A stretch of DNA of 64,000 nt from Macrostomum lignano (taxonomy: Eukaryota). Below are positions 37,001 through 59,419 of this stretch, in pieces. The stretch spans positions 215,810 to 279,809 of the forward strand of contig NIVC01001128.1 in the NCBI GenBank assembly GCA_002269645.1. The letters are read 5' to 3'. The first letter of the stretch is position 1. The number at the start of each line of letters is the position of its first letter. Made by a program: the position numbers and the translations under genes. The notes beneath the pieces were generated by a model. That model ran no database searches. It was given only the letters and a program-made list of their open reading frames with translations, and had not been told where the DNA came from.

Positions 37001-37760
37001 CGGCTCGGACAGAATGCTGCGCCTGTGGGACATGCGCAAGCTGTCCACCGCCCTCACCACCATCAGGCTGGACGCTGCGGTCAACAGGCTGGCCGTGCAT
37101 CCCTACTATCCCAGCATTGCCGCTCTGCCTCTTGACAATCGGCACGTTCAGCTGTGCCACCTCGGCGGCAGCGGCGGCGGCGGCGGCGGCGGCGGCGGAG
37201 GCATCGGCACCTCCATCGGTGTCGCGTCCTCCACTAGCGTCAACGTTTCGGCCGGTGGAAGCGGCGGTAGCGGCAGCGGCGGCGGCGTCGGCAATCTGTT
37301 GGCGCCAGCAGGTGTCGGTGCCAGCATCGGCGGAGGCGGCGGTGGCCAGAGCAGCGCTGCCAATGTTGGAGTCGCCGGCGCCGTTGCAGCCGCCGCCAAC
37401 GCCCCCGCATCTGCCGGCGCCGCGTCTGCCGTTGCCGCTGCCGCCGCTACCGGAGTGTCCGCCGGAGGCGTCGGCGACCTCGGCGGCGGCCGTCTACTCG
37501 GCCGGCTGCCCCGCCAGGACGGCAAGTGCGGCCACCTCCGGCTGGCCAGCGCCGCCTGCTGGGGCGAAGATTCGCACCGATTCAATTTGTTTACGGCCGG
37601 CTTCGACTGCCAGATTCTCGCCTGGAAGGTGACGCCGGCGTTTCTGCACCAGGCTGGCCTGGGCGGTGGGGTCGGCACTGGCGGCGGCGGCGGCGGCGGT
37701 GGTGGTGGTGGTGGTGGAGGCGGCGTCGGGCCCGGGACGGCAGGATCCGTGGAGATGTGA
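34032..37760 (+). CDS. WDR37: WD repeat-containing protein 37, 4 exons, ~640 aa
   Basis: Exons 34032-34295, 35016-35592, 35953-36194 and 36921-37760 (1923 nt, in frame). N-terminal KFHKIMGQLETEIEKE coiled segment; WD40 motifs GHTDGVW, SCSADGTARVW, YRGHAGSVNSVRFHP, TASGDTAAH, TSSKDGYFGLWD, VSGGSDRMLRLWDMRK, LPLDNRHVQL, GRLPR...GH, NLFTAGFD. Confidence 0.92.
34305..34880. repeat. 20-bp minisatellite (GTGTGTCTGGACTGGCACAG), WDR37 intron 1
   Basis: Tandem units containing CAGGTG. Confidence 0.95.
35670..35920. repeat. (GATT)n-based composite microsatellite, WDR37 intron 2
   Basis: ATTGATTGATTAGAGT units. Confidence 0.92.
36255..36835. repeat. 20-bp minisatellite (TTGTCACATAGATTCCACTT), WDR37 intron 3
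   Basis: About 28 tandem units. Confidence 0.96.
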
Positions 37761-37822
37761 GCGCCGATGTATCGGCGATGCAGCTTTCGCCACTGCCGAG
37801 CTTTGTAGCTTTTGAAACAATT

Positions 37823-38120
37823 GTGACCTGCCACCCCCTGTCCTTCAGTGACCTGCCACCCCCTGTCCTTCAGTGACCTGCCACCCCTGTCCTTCAGTGA
37901 CCTGCCACCCCCTGTCCTTCAGTGACCTGCCACCCATGTCCTTCAGTGACCTGCCACCCCTGTCCTTCAGTGACCTGCCACCCCCTGTCCTTCAGTGACC
38001 TGCCACCCATGTCCTTCAGTGACCTACCACCCCCTGTCCTTCAGTGACCTGCCACCCCGTCCTTCAGTGACCTACCACCCCCTGTCCTTCAGTGACCTGC
38101 CACCCCTATCATTCAGTGAC
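37823..38120. repeat. 24-25-bp minisatellite (GTGACCTGCCACCCCCTGTCCTTCA) just after the WDR37 stop
   Basis: About 12 tandem units. Confidence 0.94.
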
Positions 38121-38986
38121 TGACTTGCCATCATTGCACGTGTGAGCAGTCTTCATTACCGCTATTCAGATTACGCATTGGACTTAATAGCTTATTCGTT
38201 TTTTTGTATTTAAATCTAATCGATCAGTATAGTATAGTCATTTAAATTAAATTTTCGTTTATCGTTGTTATGTCGCTATTGTAAATTAGCAAGTTTAACA
38301 ATCATTTAATCAAAGTATTCAGCCGCTATTATAGACACTTGGATGCTTGTCTTGCTTCGATTATCTGTATATTTATAAGACGTAGCTACTATTAAACCCC
38401 TCTTCTGCCATCTGTCAGCTTTTCAAGCTTAATTACAAAGAAATCTGAGCAAATATGATTTGTTAGTGCATAGTCTAGTCACGCTTTGCCATTTTTGCAG
38501 CAAATAAAACTGTGCAATTATGGCACGCCTCGCTTACAAATAGCCTGAGTAGTTAGTATATGCGGGTTATATGATATACTTATGAAGAACTGTTGTATGC
38601 TGCAATGTGCAATTTCCGCACCAATCGGATTTATTCAATGCTGCAATTTTGTAAAATTTATGAATTGTTGTTGATGCTGGACTATGCATAAATATAATTA
38701 TAATAATTCAGCTAAATAATGAAGCTTTTTTATTTTAATGTTGTTGTCTAACATATTCAACTTTGAAGTTTGAATTCTTGTTTTTTTAGTTTTTAGCAAT
38801 GAAAAAAACTCAATAAGAAACAATGATAAAGCCAAAAATTTTCAATCCAACTCTTGAGAGCTTATTTAACAAGCTTGGCTCTCCACAAATTCCTTTTATT
38901 ATTGCGACCAGCTATAATTCATTTTGGAAGTCCAAAATTCACTGCTCAGATCCGATGAGAGTTACTGATAAACTGCAGGGCAAATT

Positions 38987-41900
38987 TCACTTCTTGACAG
39001 CTTTGCCTTTGACAGCAGCTTGCTTGGCTTTCTTTGCTGCCGGCTGCTTTTTCTGCTGCTGCTTCTGGCTGCTGGCCGGTGCGTCCGCCTGAGGTTTACA
39101 ATAGAGTAATGTAATATTACTGCGTGCATAGTAAAAAAAATGCGTGGCAACTACCTGAGAATCACTCCTGAAACTACCTGAGAATCACTTTTGAAACTAC
39201 CTGAGAATCACTTATGAAACTACCTGAGAATCACTTATGAAACTACCTGAGAATCACTTATGAAACTACCTGAGAATCGCCTCTGAAACTACCTGAGAAT
39301 CACTTATGAAACTACCTGAGAATCACTCCTGAAACTACCTGAGAATCACTTCTGAAACTACCTGAGAATCACTTCTGAAACTACCTGAGAATCACTTATG
39401 AAACTACCTGAGAATCACTTATGAAACTACCTGAGAATCACTTATGAAACTACCTGAGAATCGCCTCTGAAACTACCTGAGAATCACTTATGAAACTACC
39501 TGAGAATCACTCCTGAAACTACCTGAGAATCACTTCTGAAACTACCTGAGAATCACTTCTGAAACTACCTGAGAATCACTTCTGAAACTACCTGAGAATC
39601 ACTTCTGAAACTACCTGAGAATCACTTCTGAAACTACCTAAGAATCGCCTCTGAAACTACCTGAGAATCGCCTATGAAGCCACCTGATAATTGCCTTAAG
39701 AATGCCCCGAGAATAATAAAATACCATAATGATATCTCAATCTCACCTTTCGCTTCTTAGCCAGAGCTTTCCGCTGAGCCAGAATAGCCTTCCTTTTCAA
39801 CACCAGCGCGTAGGGATTCAACTTAGCCATAACGTTCACATTCTTCAAAGGATTCTTTTTGAGCACAGCCCGAGCTTGCCGAGCCTGCCTAGGCCTGACA
39901 GCGGCTTTAACCTCGTCCGAGCGCAGAATACCAGTCAGATCTGTGCTAGCCATCTTATTGTCCGGCAATTTAGACTTGGCGTAGATCTGATCCAACTGAC
40001 GGAAGGCCGACTCAGACCAGATCACAAATCGGCCCAGGTGACCGCCAGGGGCCAGTTTCAACAGGTTTAACCGGCTAACGCAGATCAAAGTGACGCCGGG
40101 GATGTTGCGAAACGCCCGACAGAGTCCATTGTCCTTGGCATAGATCACTAGCGGACCGCGCTTCTGAATCCGAGCTCGATTGCGCATTTTACCTCTGCCG
40201 GCTCGGAAGCGCTGGCTGGCGTACACTTTCTGAATGTCTGGCCAGGCCTTCACGCGCTTTAGAAATGCGACGGCCTCCTTAGTCTTCTTCAGGTCCTGGA
40301 CCGAGTCGCTCACTACTAGGGGCACCTCGCTGATCTTCTCGATGCGATGACCTGCCGGCCGGGGAGGGGAGCTGCGGCTAGAGGTCTACCGAAGCCTTAG
40401 CACAAAATATGACTCTAACTGAGCTCAAAACTACCCTAACAACTGACCTCAAAACTACCCCAACAACTGACCTCAAAACTGCCCTAACAACTGATCTCAA
40501 AACTACCCCAACAACTGACCTTAAAACTACCCCAACAACTGACCTCAAAACTGCCCTAACAACTGATCTCAAAACTACCCCAACAACTGACCTCAAAACT
40601 ACCCAAACAACTGACCTCAAAACTACCCTAACAACTGACCTCAAAACTACCCTAACAACTGATCTCAAAACTACCCTAACAACTGATCTCAATACTGTTC
40701 TAACAACCGACCTCAAAACTACCCCAACAACTGACCTCAAAACTGCCCTAACAACTGACCTCAAAACTACCCCAACAACTGACCTCAAAACTGCTCTAAC
40801 AACTGATCTCAAAACTACCCCAACAACTGACCTCAAAACTACCCCAACAACTGACCTCAAAACTACCCTAACAACTGATCTCAAAACTACCCTAACAACT
40901 GATCTCAAAACTGTTCTAACAACTGACCTCAAAACTACCCCAACAACTGACCTCAAAACTACCCCAACAACTGACCTCAAAACTACCCCAACAACTGACC
41001 TCAAAACTACCCCAACAACTGACCTCAAAACTACCCCAACAACTGACCTCAAAACTACCCCAACAACTGACCTCAAAACTACCCTAACAACTGATCTCAA
41101 AACTACCCCAACAACTGACCTCAAAACTACCCCAACAACTGACCTCAAAACTACCCCAACAACTGACCTCAAAACAGCCCTAACAACTGACCTCAAAACT
41201 ACCCCAACAACTGACCTCAAAACTGCCCTAACAACTGATCTCAAAACTACCCCAACAACTGACCTCAAAACTACCCCAACAACTGACCTCAAAACTACCC
41301 TAACAACTGACCTCAAAACTACCCTAACAACTGATCTCAAAACTACCCTAACAACTGATCTCAATACTGTTCTAACAACCGACCTCAAAACTACCCCAAC
41401 AACTGACCTCAAAACTGCCCTAACAACTGACCTCAAAACTACCCCAACAACTGACCTCAAAACTGCCCTAACAAATGATCTCAAAACTACCCCAACAACT
41501 GATCTCAAAACTACCCCAACAACTGATCTCAAAACTACCCCAACAACTGACCTCAAAACTGTTCTAACAACCGACCTCAAAACTACCCCAACAACTGACC
41601 TCAAAACTACCCCAACAACTGACCTCAAAACTACCCCAACAACTGACCTCAAAACAGCCCTAACAACTGACCTCAAAACTACCCCAACAACTGACCTCAA
41701 AACTGTTCTAACAACCGACCTCAAAACTACCCCAACAACTGACCTCAAAACTACCCCAACAACTGACCTCAAAACTACCCTAACAACTGACCTCAAAACT
41801 ACCCTAACAACTGATCTCAAAACTACCCTAACAACTGATCTCAATACTGTTCTAACAACCGACCTCAAAACTACCCCAACAACTGACCTCAAAACTGCCC

Positions 41901-44900
41901 TAACAACTGACCTTAAAACTACCCCAACAACTGACCTCAAAACTGCCCTAACAACTGATCTCAAAACTACCCCAACAACTGACCTCAAAACTACCCCAAC
42001 AACTGACCTCAAAACTACCCTAACAACTGATCTCAAAACTACCCTAACAACTGATCTCAAAACTGTTCTAACAACTGACCTCAAAACTACCCCAACAACT
42101 GACCTCAAAACTACCCCAACAACTGACCTCAAAACTAACCCAACAACTGACCTCAAAACTACCCTAACAACTGATCTCAAAACTACCCTAACAACTGATC
42201 TCAAATCTGTTCTAACAACTGACCTCAAAACTACCCCAACAACTGACCTTAAAACTGCCCTAACAACTGATCTCAAAACTACCCCAACAACTGACCTCAA
42301 AACTACCCCAACAACTGATCTCAAAACTACCCCAACAACTGACCTCAAAACTACCCCAACAACTGACCTCAAAACTGTTCTAACAACCGACCTCAAAACT
42401 ACCCCAACAACTGACCTCAAAACTGCCCTAACAACTGACCTCAAAACTACCCCAACAACTGACCTCAAAACTGCCCTAACAACTGATCTCAAAACTACCC
42501 CAACAACTGACCTCAAAACTACCCCAACAACTGACCTCAAAACTACCCTAACAACTGATCTCAAAACTACCCTAACAACTGATCTCAATACTGTTCTAAC
42601 AACCGACCTCAAAACTACCCCAACAACTGACCTCAAAACTGCCCTAACAACTGACCTCAAAACTACCCCAACAACTGACCTCAAAACTGCCCTAACAACT
42701 GATCTCAAAACTACCCCAACAACTGACCTCAAAACTACCTCAACAACTGACCTCAAAACTACCCTAACAACTGATCTCAAAACTACCCTAACAACTGATC
42801 TCAATACTGTTCTAACAACCGACCTCAAAACTACCCCAACAACTGACCTCAAAACTGCCCTAACAACTGACCTCAAAACTACCCCAACAACTGACCTCAA
42901 AACTGCCCTAACAACTGATCTCAAAACTACCCCAACAACTGACCTCAAAACTACCCCAACAACTGACCTCAAAATTACCCTAACAACTGATCTCAAAACT
43001 ACCCTAACAACTGATCTCAAAACTGTTCTAACAACTGACCTCAAAACTACCCCAACAACTGACCTCAACTACCCCAACAACTGACCTCAAAACTACCCCA
43101 ACAACTGACCTCAAAACTACCCTAACAACTGACCTCAAAACTACCCCAACAACTGACCTCAAAACTACCCCAACAACTGACCTCAAAACAGCCCTAACAA
43201 CTGACCTCAAAACTACCCCAACAACTGACCTCAAAACTGCCCTAACAACTGATCTCAAAACTACCCCAACAACTGACCTCAAAACTACCCCAACAACTGA
43301 CCTCAAAACTACCCTAACAACTGACCTCAAAACTACCCTAACAACTGATCTCAAAACTACCCTAACAACTGATCTCAATACTGTTCTAACAACCGACCTC
43401 AAAACTACCCCAACAACTGACCTCAAAACTACCCTAACAACTGATCTCAAAACTACCCCAACAACTGACCTCAAAACTGCCCTAACAACTGATCTCAAAA
43501 CTACCCCAACAACTGACCTCAAAACTACCCCAACAACTGACCTTAAAACTACCCCAACAACTGATCTCAAAACTACCCCAACAACTGATCTCAAAACTAC
43601 CCTAACAACTGATCTCAAAACTGTTCTAACAACTGACCTCAAAACTACCCCAACAACTGACCTCAAAACTACCCCAACAACTGACCTCAAAACTACCCCA
43701 ACAACTGACCTCAAAACTACCCTAACAACTGATCTCAAAACTACCCTAACAACTGATCTCAAAGCTGTTCTAACAACTGACCTCAAAACTACCCCAACAA
43801 CTGACCTCAAAACAGCCCTAACAACTGACCTCAAAACTACCCCAACAACTGACCTTAAAACTACCCCAACAACTGACCTCAAAACTACCCCAACAACTGA
43901 TCTCAAAACTACCCCAACAACTGACCTCAAAACTACCCCAACAACTGACCTCAAAACTGTTCTAACAACCGACCTCAAAACTACCCCAACAACTGACCTC
44001 AAAACTGCCCTAACAACTGACCTCAAAACTACCCCAACAACTGACCTCAAAACTACCCCAACAACTGACCTCAAAACTGTTCTAACAACCGACCTCAAAA
44101 CTACCCCAACAACTGACCTCAAAACTACCCCAACAACTGACCTCAAAACTACCCTAACAACTGATCTCAAAACTGTTCTAACAACTGACCTCAAAACTAC
44201 CCTAAAAACTGACCTCAAAACTGCCCTAACAACCGATCTCAAAACTGCCCTAACAACTGACCTCAAAACTACCCTGACAACTGATCTCAAAACTGTTCTA
44301 ACAACTGACCTCAAAACTACCCCAACAACTGACCTTAAAACTACCCTGACAACTGACCTCAAAACTATCCTAATAACTGGGCATCAAAACTACCTTAATA
44401 TTAGCTCAAAACTGTTTTAGATGATCTTAAAACTACCCTAATAGCTGAACTCAAACCTCTAAACTGCTGTTATGTGCCAGTGGCCCAGGCTCGACTCCAA
44501 GTGCAGTCACATTAATTGGAGTCTAAATTGGGATCTCAGCTTGGCTCTGCTCGTGTAATTAACACTAAATAAAGTTAGGGCCGCTGTACACTCCTGTACG
44601 AGTATGTGCCTGTGGCCAATGCGAATGACTGCCTGTTTAGGGGAGTCGGCGGAATAGGCAGTAATGAATGTGGCAATGTCTGCTCTCAGCCCCCCTGCCT
44701 CTAACTAACTAGACCCTAACAACCCTAGCCTCTAATATTTTACTTATTGAGAATCTCTAGAACGGTCTGCAACCAGGTCGACTCACCTCTCGCCATCACC
44801 AGACTAGTAACACCAGTGGCAGCAATGGCTGATGCCACAGCGAACCGACGCTGCTGAACATTGATCCGCCGGTGCCACTTTCGCCAAGTCTTAGTTGGCG

Positions 44901-46811
44901 CGAACATCCGACCGCCGCGGCACATGTTGCCGAAGGCGCCCTGACCTGAGCGGCTGGTGCCGCCGCCGCGGACGCGCGGAATACGAGCCACTGCCCGGCC
45001 GGTGCCCCAGGACTCGGCGGACACCTGCGGCAGTGTGCGTGGGAGTGAGCGTGCGATTGTCAGTCGTTAAGTTATGGTGCATAGCTGGGATAAGGGTGCC
45101 GGTGAACTACGCGAATGCCATGTGGCATCTCCACAGATGTCCAATTTTTATGAACATTTTCAGACTCAGAGTATCAATCATCTACCTCATCATCTATCAT
45201 GTGTGCATCAATTATCTACCTCATCTATCATGTGTGTATCAATTATCTACCTCATCATCTATCATGTGTGCATCAATTATCTACCTCGTCCTCATCTATC
45301 ATGTGTGCATCAATTATCTACTTTAACTATCAATCCATTGTGTGCATCAATTATCTACCTCATTTATCATGTGTGCATCAATTATCTACCTCATTTATCA
45401 TGTGTGCATCAATTATCTACCTCATTTATCATGTGTGCATCAATTATCTACCTCATTTATCATGTGTGCATCAATTATCTACCTCATTTATCATGTGTGC
45501 ATCAATTATCTACCTCATTTATCATGTGTGCATCAATTATCTACCTCATTTATCATGTGTGCATCAATTATCTACTTTAACTATCAATCCATTATGTGTG
45601 CATCAATTATCTACTTTAACTATCAATCCATTATGTGTGCATCAATTATCTACTTTAACTATCAATCCATCATGTGTGCATCAATTATCTACTTTAACTA
45701 TCAATCCATTATGTGTGCATCAATTATCTACCTCATCTATCATGTATGCATCAATTATCTACCTTATCTATCATGTATGCATCAATTATCTACCTCATTT
45801 ATCATGTGTGCATCAATTATCTACCTCATTTATCATGTGTGCATCAATTATCTACCTCATTTATCATGTGTGCATCAATTATCTACCTCATTTATCATGT
45901 GTGCATCAATTATCTACCTCATTTATCATGTATGCATCAATTTTCTACCTCATCTATCATGTATGCATCAATTATCTACCTCATCTATCATGTGTGTATC
46001 AATTATCTACCTCATCTATCATGTGTGCATCAATTATCTACTTTAACTATCAATCCATTATGTGTGCATCAATTATCTACCTCATCTATCATGTGTGCAT
46101 CAATTATCTACCTCATTTATCATGTGTGCATCAATTATCTACCTCATCTATCATGTGTGCATCAATTATCTACCTCATTTATCATGTGTGCATCAATTAT
46201 TTACTTTATCTATCAATCTACCATGTATGCATCAATTATCTACTTTAACTATCAATCTATCATGTATGCATCAATTATCTACCTCATCTATCATGTATGC
46301 ATCAATTATCTACGTCATCTATTATGTAACCCTATTTATTTATGTTACTATTTGTAACCCCATCTATCATGCCACTAAGCCATGGACTAAAAACTTGAAG
46401 TATTTGCATCAAATGGCATGCCTAACTTTGATTTTAATGCACTGTCATCAGTACTAGCATCTAGAAAGAAAGTTCACTGCTAAAATGCCAGTGAAACTGC
46501 AATTCTTTTTAGTCAAATGTCCAAAGTTCTCCCAGCCAGAAAGAAAGCACATTCAACTGACCCATTACATTATCACAGAAAGACACGGATTAGTAAATAT
46601 CTCACTAGAGACAGGTAAAAGTTCGCACCTGATGCCCAGCCTTGATGTGCACAGCGTATGGCTGGCGAGTGTTCTTGCGCATCTGATCGTGCACAAAGTT
46701 GAGAATGTCTGGCCTAATTGGAGCGCGAAACACTGATGGCAGAGCCAGTGAGGCGCCAGATTTCTCGCCTTCTTTAGCAGCTTGCACTGTAACAATTGGT
46801 CTCGAAGTCAT
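38987..46811 (-). CDS. RPL4: 60S ribosomal protein L4 (uL4), 4 coding exons, 375 aa
   Basis: Exons 46811-46629, 45024-44787, 40351-39747 and 39088-38987 (1128 nt). Motifs [85 protein letters not shown]. Confidence 0.98.
39150..39680. repeat. 23-bp minisatellite (GAAACTACCTGAGAATCACTTAT), RPL4 intron 3
   Basis: About 23 units with a period of 23. Confidence 0.96.
40415..44400. repeat. 24-bp satellite (AACTGACCTCAAAACTACCCCAAC), ~4 kb, RPL4 intron 2
   Basis: About 165 units with interspersed variants; it is the source of the mucin-like 891/896/444-aa ORFs. Confidence 0.98.
44473..44686 (-). ncRNA. Candidate H/ACA-like structured RNA(s) in RPL4 intron 2
   Basis: Two stem/internal-loop/stem hairpins (44674-44615 and 44545-44476). 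Each is followed by ACA and preceded by an ANANNA motif (AGAGCA, ACACGA). Architecture is non-canonical and no validated target was found. Confidence 0.3.
45170..46320. repeat. 31-bp minisatellite with a ~43-bp variant (ATCATGTGTGCATCAATTATCTACCTCATTT), RPL4 intron 1
   Basis: Tandem units; source of the spurious ORFs at 45074-46457. Confidence 0.96.
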
Positions 46812-48135
46812 GACTGTTAGCTGTGCTGCTGAAATGAAAAAAGAATAAGTTGGCTAAAAAATAGAGCATATCAACAAATCCTGAACCAAATGAAATTTAT
46901 TTGAGTCATTTTTTGCAAACAATCAAAGCTCAGGTAAGGGAATAATGCATCTAATAACACTTGGGGTTGGCAAGCTCAGGTCGGTGAGACTCCATCTGGC
47001 CCTCGGGTCCTTTGAAATTCCACAAAAGCAATCTTTTCTCTAATTTCTTATCTCCTCTCTTATATCTTTTCCTATATTATCTCTTCTCTCCTATCTCTTT
47101 GCTCTTCTGCCTTCTTTGATTTCATCTATCCTCTTGTCTCCTTTCTTCTCCATTATTCCCTTAACTCCTTTCTTCAATCTCTCTTCTTTCTAATCTCTCC
47201 TCTGGCTTAAAATCATGTGCTAGGTTCTCTATCTGGCCATCAAGGTAAATGGCAGGGGCTGAGCCTTGCACTAATAGGTTAATGATCTTAAATTGTTGTA
47301 GACTATATATTGTGTATAATATTTGAATCTTAACAGATAGCCATTAGATCCTTAAGCATGGTCCTTTTTTACTTGAAGCTGTCATATGCCTGATTTCAAT
47401 TGAAAGAGTTTACTTTGAATTTGTATTTTACAATGACTATGCCAATGTTGGAACTTACCATTTTTTCTAAAATTTACTTATGTACCTATTTTGACATAGT
47501 TAAAAAAAACTTTTTTATGAAAAAGATTATAGTTTGCTATTATTTCAATGACAAGCCAAATCAATATAATATAAAAAAAATTTAGGAACAAAAACAAAGT
47601 TTTTTTTTCCAGTTTATTATTTAGTTGTTACAATATCTATATACTAATTTTTTTCTAAATTTCATCTTTTATATATGTATAATTGATAAGTTTTAAGACC
47701 TTTACTAAATTCCTTAACTATATTTATTGAAGACAACTCTAAGTCTAGTTAAAAGCCTTTTTTAAACAAGGTTTAATTATTAAAACCCTACTCTATTGTA
47801 TTTGTATTAGATGTTCTTTTTCTTGCACCATAGACTTATCTAATCTAATACTATCTTATTATATTGCACTATATCCTAATCCTAGTATATACATATGTTA
47901 TACTATATATATAGTCACTAGGGCCTACACTTGACAATTGCATAGCATAGGCCTAGGGCCATAAGCTAGGGGCTTAGGTTAGGAATGAGGAATCTAGGAT
48001 GATTAGGGCGTACAATACCTAGTCTTAGGCCCACTAGAATGCTACAATGTACATGCCTACAATGCTAAATTCTATAATTTTACTTAATAAAAATTCATCA
48101 GGTCCAACTTAAGCCAAGGACAAGGTAGGCCTGCT

Positions 48136-48607
48136 GGTCACTGGTCAGATCGTCATATTCTATTTCGTCATATCGGATGACGAAGAGACCAGAAGCAAAG
48201 TAGCTTGAAAAATAATATGACGAAGTGACCAAATATTTAGTTAGGCCTATGCTGGATACTTCTTCATCAACCAATTAATCTGTGTGAGGTTCGAGTTAGT
48301 GTAAACCATTTTTTGTTTTTATTAACTATATTAAGCTGCGGCAAGCAGAACCGATCAATCGACAGGTTTTATCAATCGAGATGACAAAATGACTGGGATC
48401 ATTAGGATTTCCAAGTAAATATGTTTGATTGCCATTGCCACGTTAACTCACTTGAAGTTGGAACTAGGCCTAATATGATTAGTGGAAGACAAAAATGACT
48501 CTCTTCGGGTAGTGCATGCTAATTAAGATGACGAAGTGACCAAAGTCGAGGTGAGCACCCCAGACACCCAGATGACGAAATGGCAGATGACGAAATGACT
48601 AGGAACC
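48136..48607. mobile_element. 472-bp MITE with imperfect 21-bp TIRs and an 8-bp TSD (Merlin- or hAT-like)
   Basis: TSD GGCCTGCT at 48128-48135 and 48608-48615. Ends GGTCACTGGTCAGATCGTCAT versus the reverse complement GGTTCCTAGTCATTTCGTCAT match at 16/21. Subterminal ATGACGAA repeats. Confidence 0.8.
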
Positions 48608-49222
48608 GGCCTGCTAGCCTAGCCTAGCCTATAACTAGAAACTAAGCTAGGCCTAGCTAGAGTCTAGAGATAGTGCCATGGTCTTAAACAGATGCTGAAG
48701 CCTAGGACTAGTAGGCCTAGTTTAATAATAGGTTTAGTTACGATAAAATTACGATACGACTGATACGATAGACTGTACCCTGGAAAAGTCATGCACTGAA
48801 AGTAATTATATGTAGAGATATAGATTGTGGAAGATCGTCGCAGCGCGACTCTTCTGGCACTTTCCCAATTTAAACATTATTATTTATAACAAATGTTATG
48901 TATTTAAGCATTATTTTTGCATTAATATGTTTCGTTTTGCTGCATAATTCATTTAATAATTTTTTCTTGATCAATAGATTGCTTGTTAGAGAAACTACGA
49001 TAACACGAGCTAATTAAAAATATTATTATGAATTGCAGCTTCAATTTGCGCATCAGAAATTTGCATCTTGTTGACAGTATTCCATTTCTCCAAATATATT
49101 GTGCAATAAACATTCCTATTCAGTTTGTTTTGAAATAATTAGCAATTAGAGAGTTTTAAAAATTAATTCAAACTAGTTTTTCAGCATCTGGCTCACTTCT
49201 CAGCCAAATATTGTTCTCTAAA

Positions 49223-59419
<10,197 letters not shown>

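Noticed and set aside
40378-44362. 891/896/444-aa mucin-like ORFs (TTDLKTTP)n and (VVLRSVVG)n
   Set aside because: They are translations of a stop-free 24-bp satellite inside RPL4 intron 2, open on both strands, with no signal peptide and no unique sequence.
46576-46605. U18-like antisense element (TCCGTGTCTTTCTG) in RPL4 intron 1; vertebrate RPL4 hosts U18
   Set aside because: A 2-nt insertion breaks complementarity to 28S, the D' box is not CTGA, the C box is only GTGAGA, and there is no terminal D box or stem.
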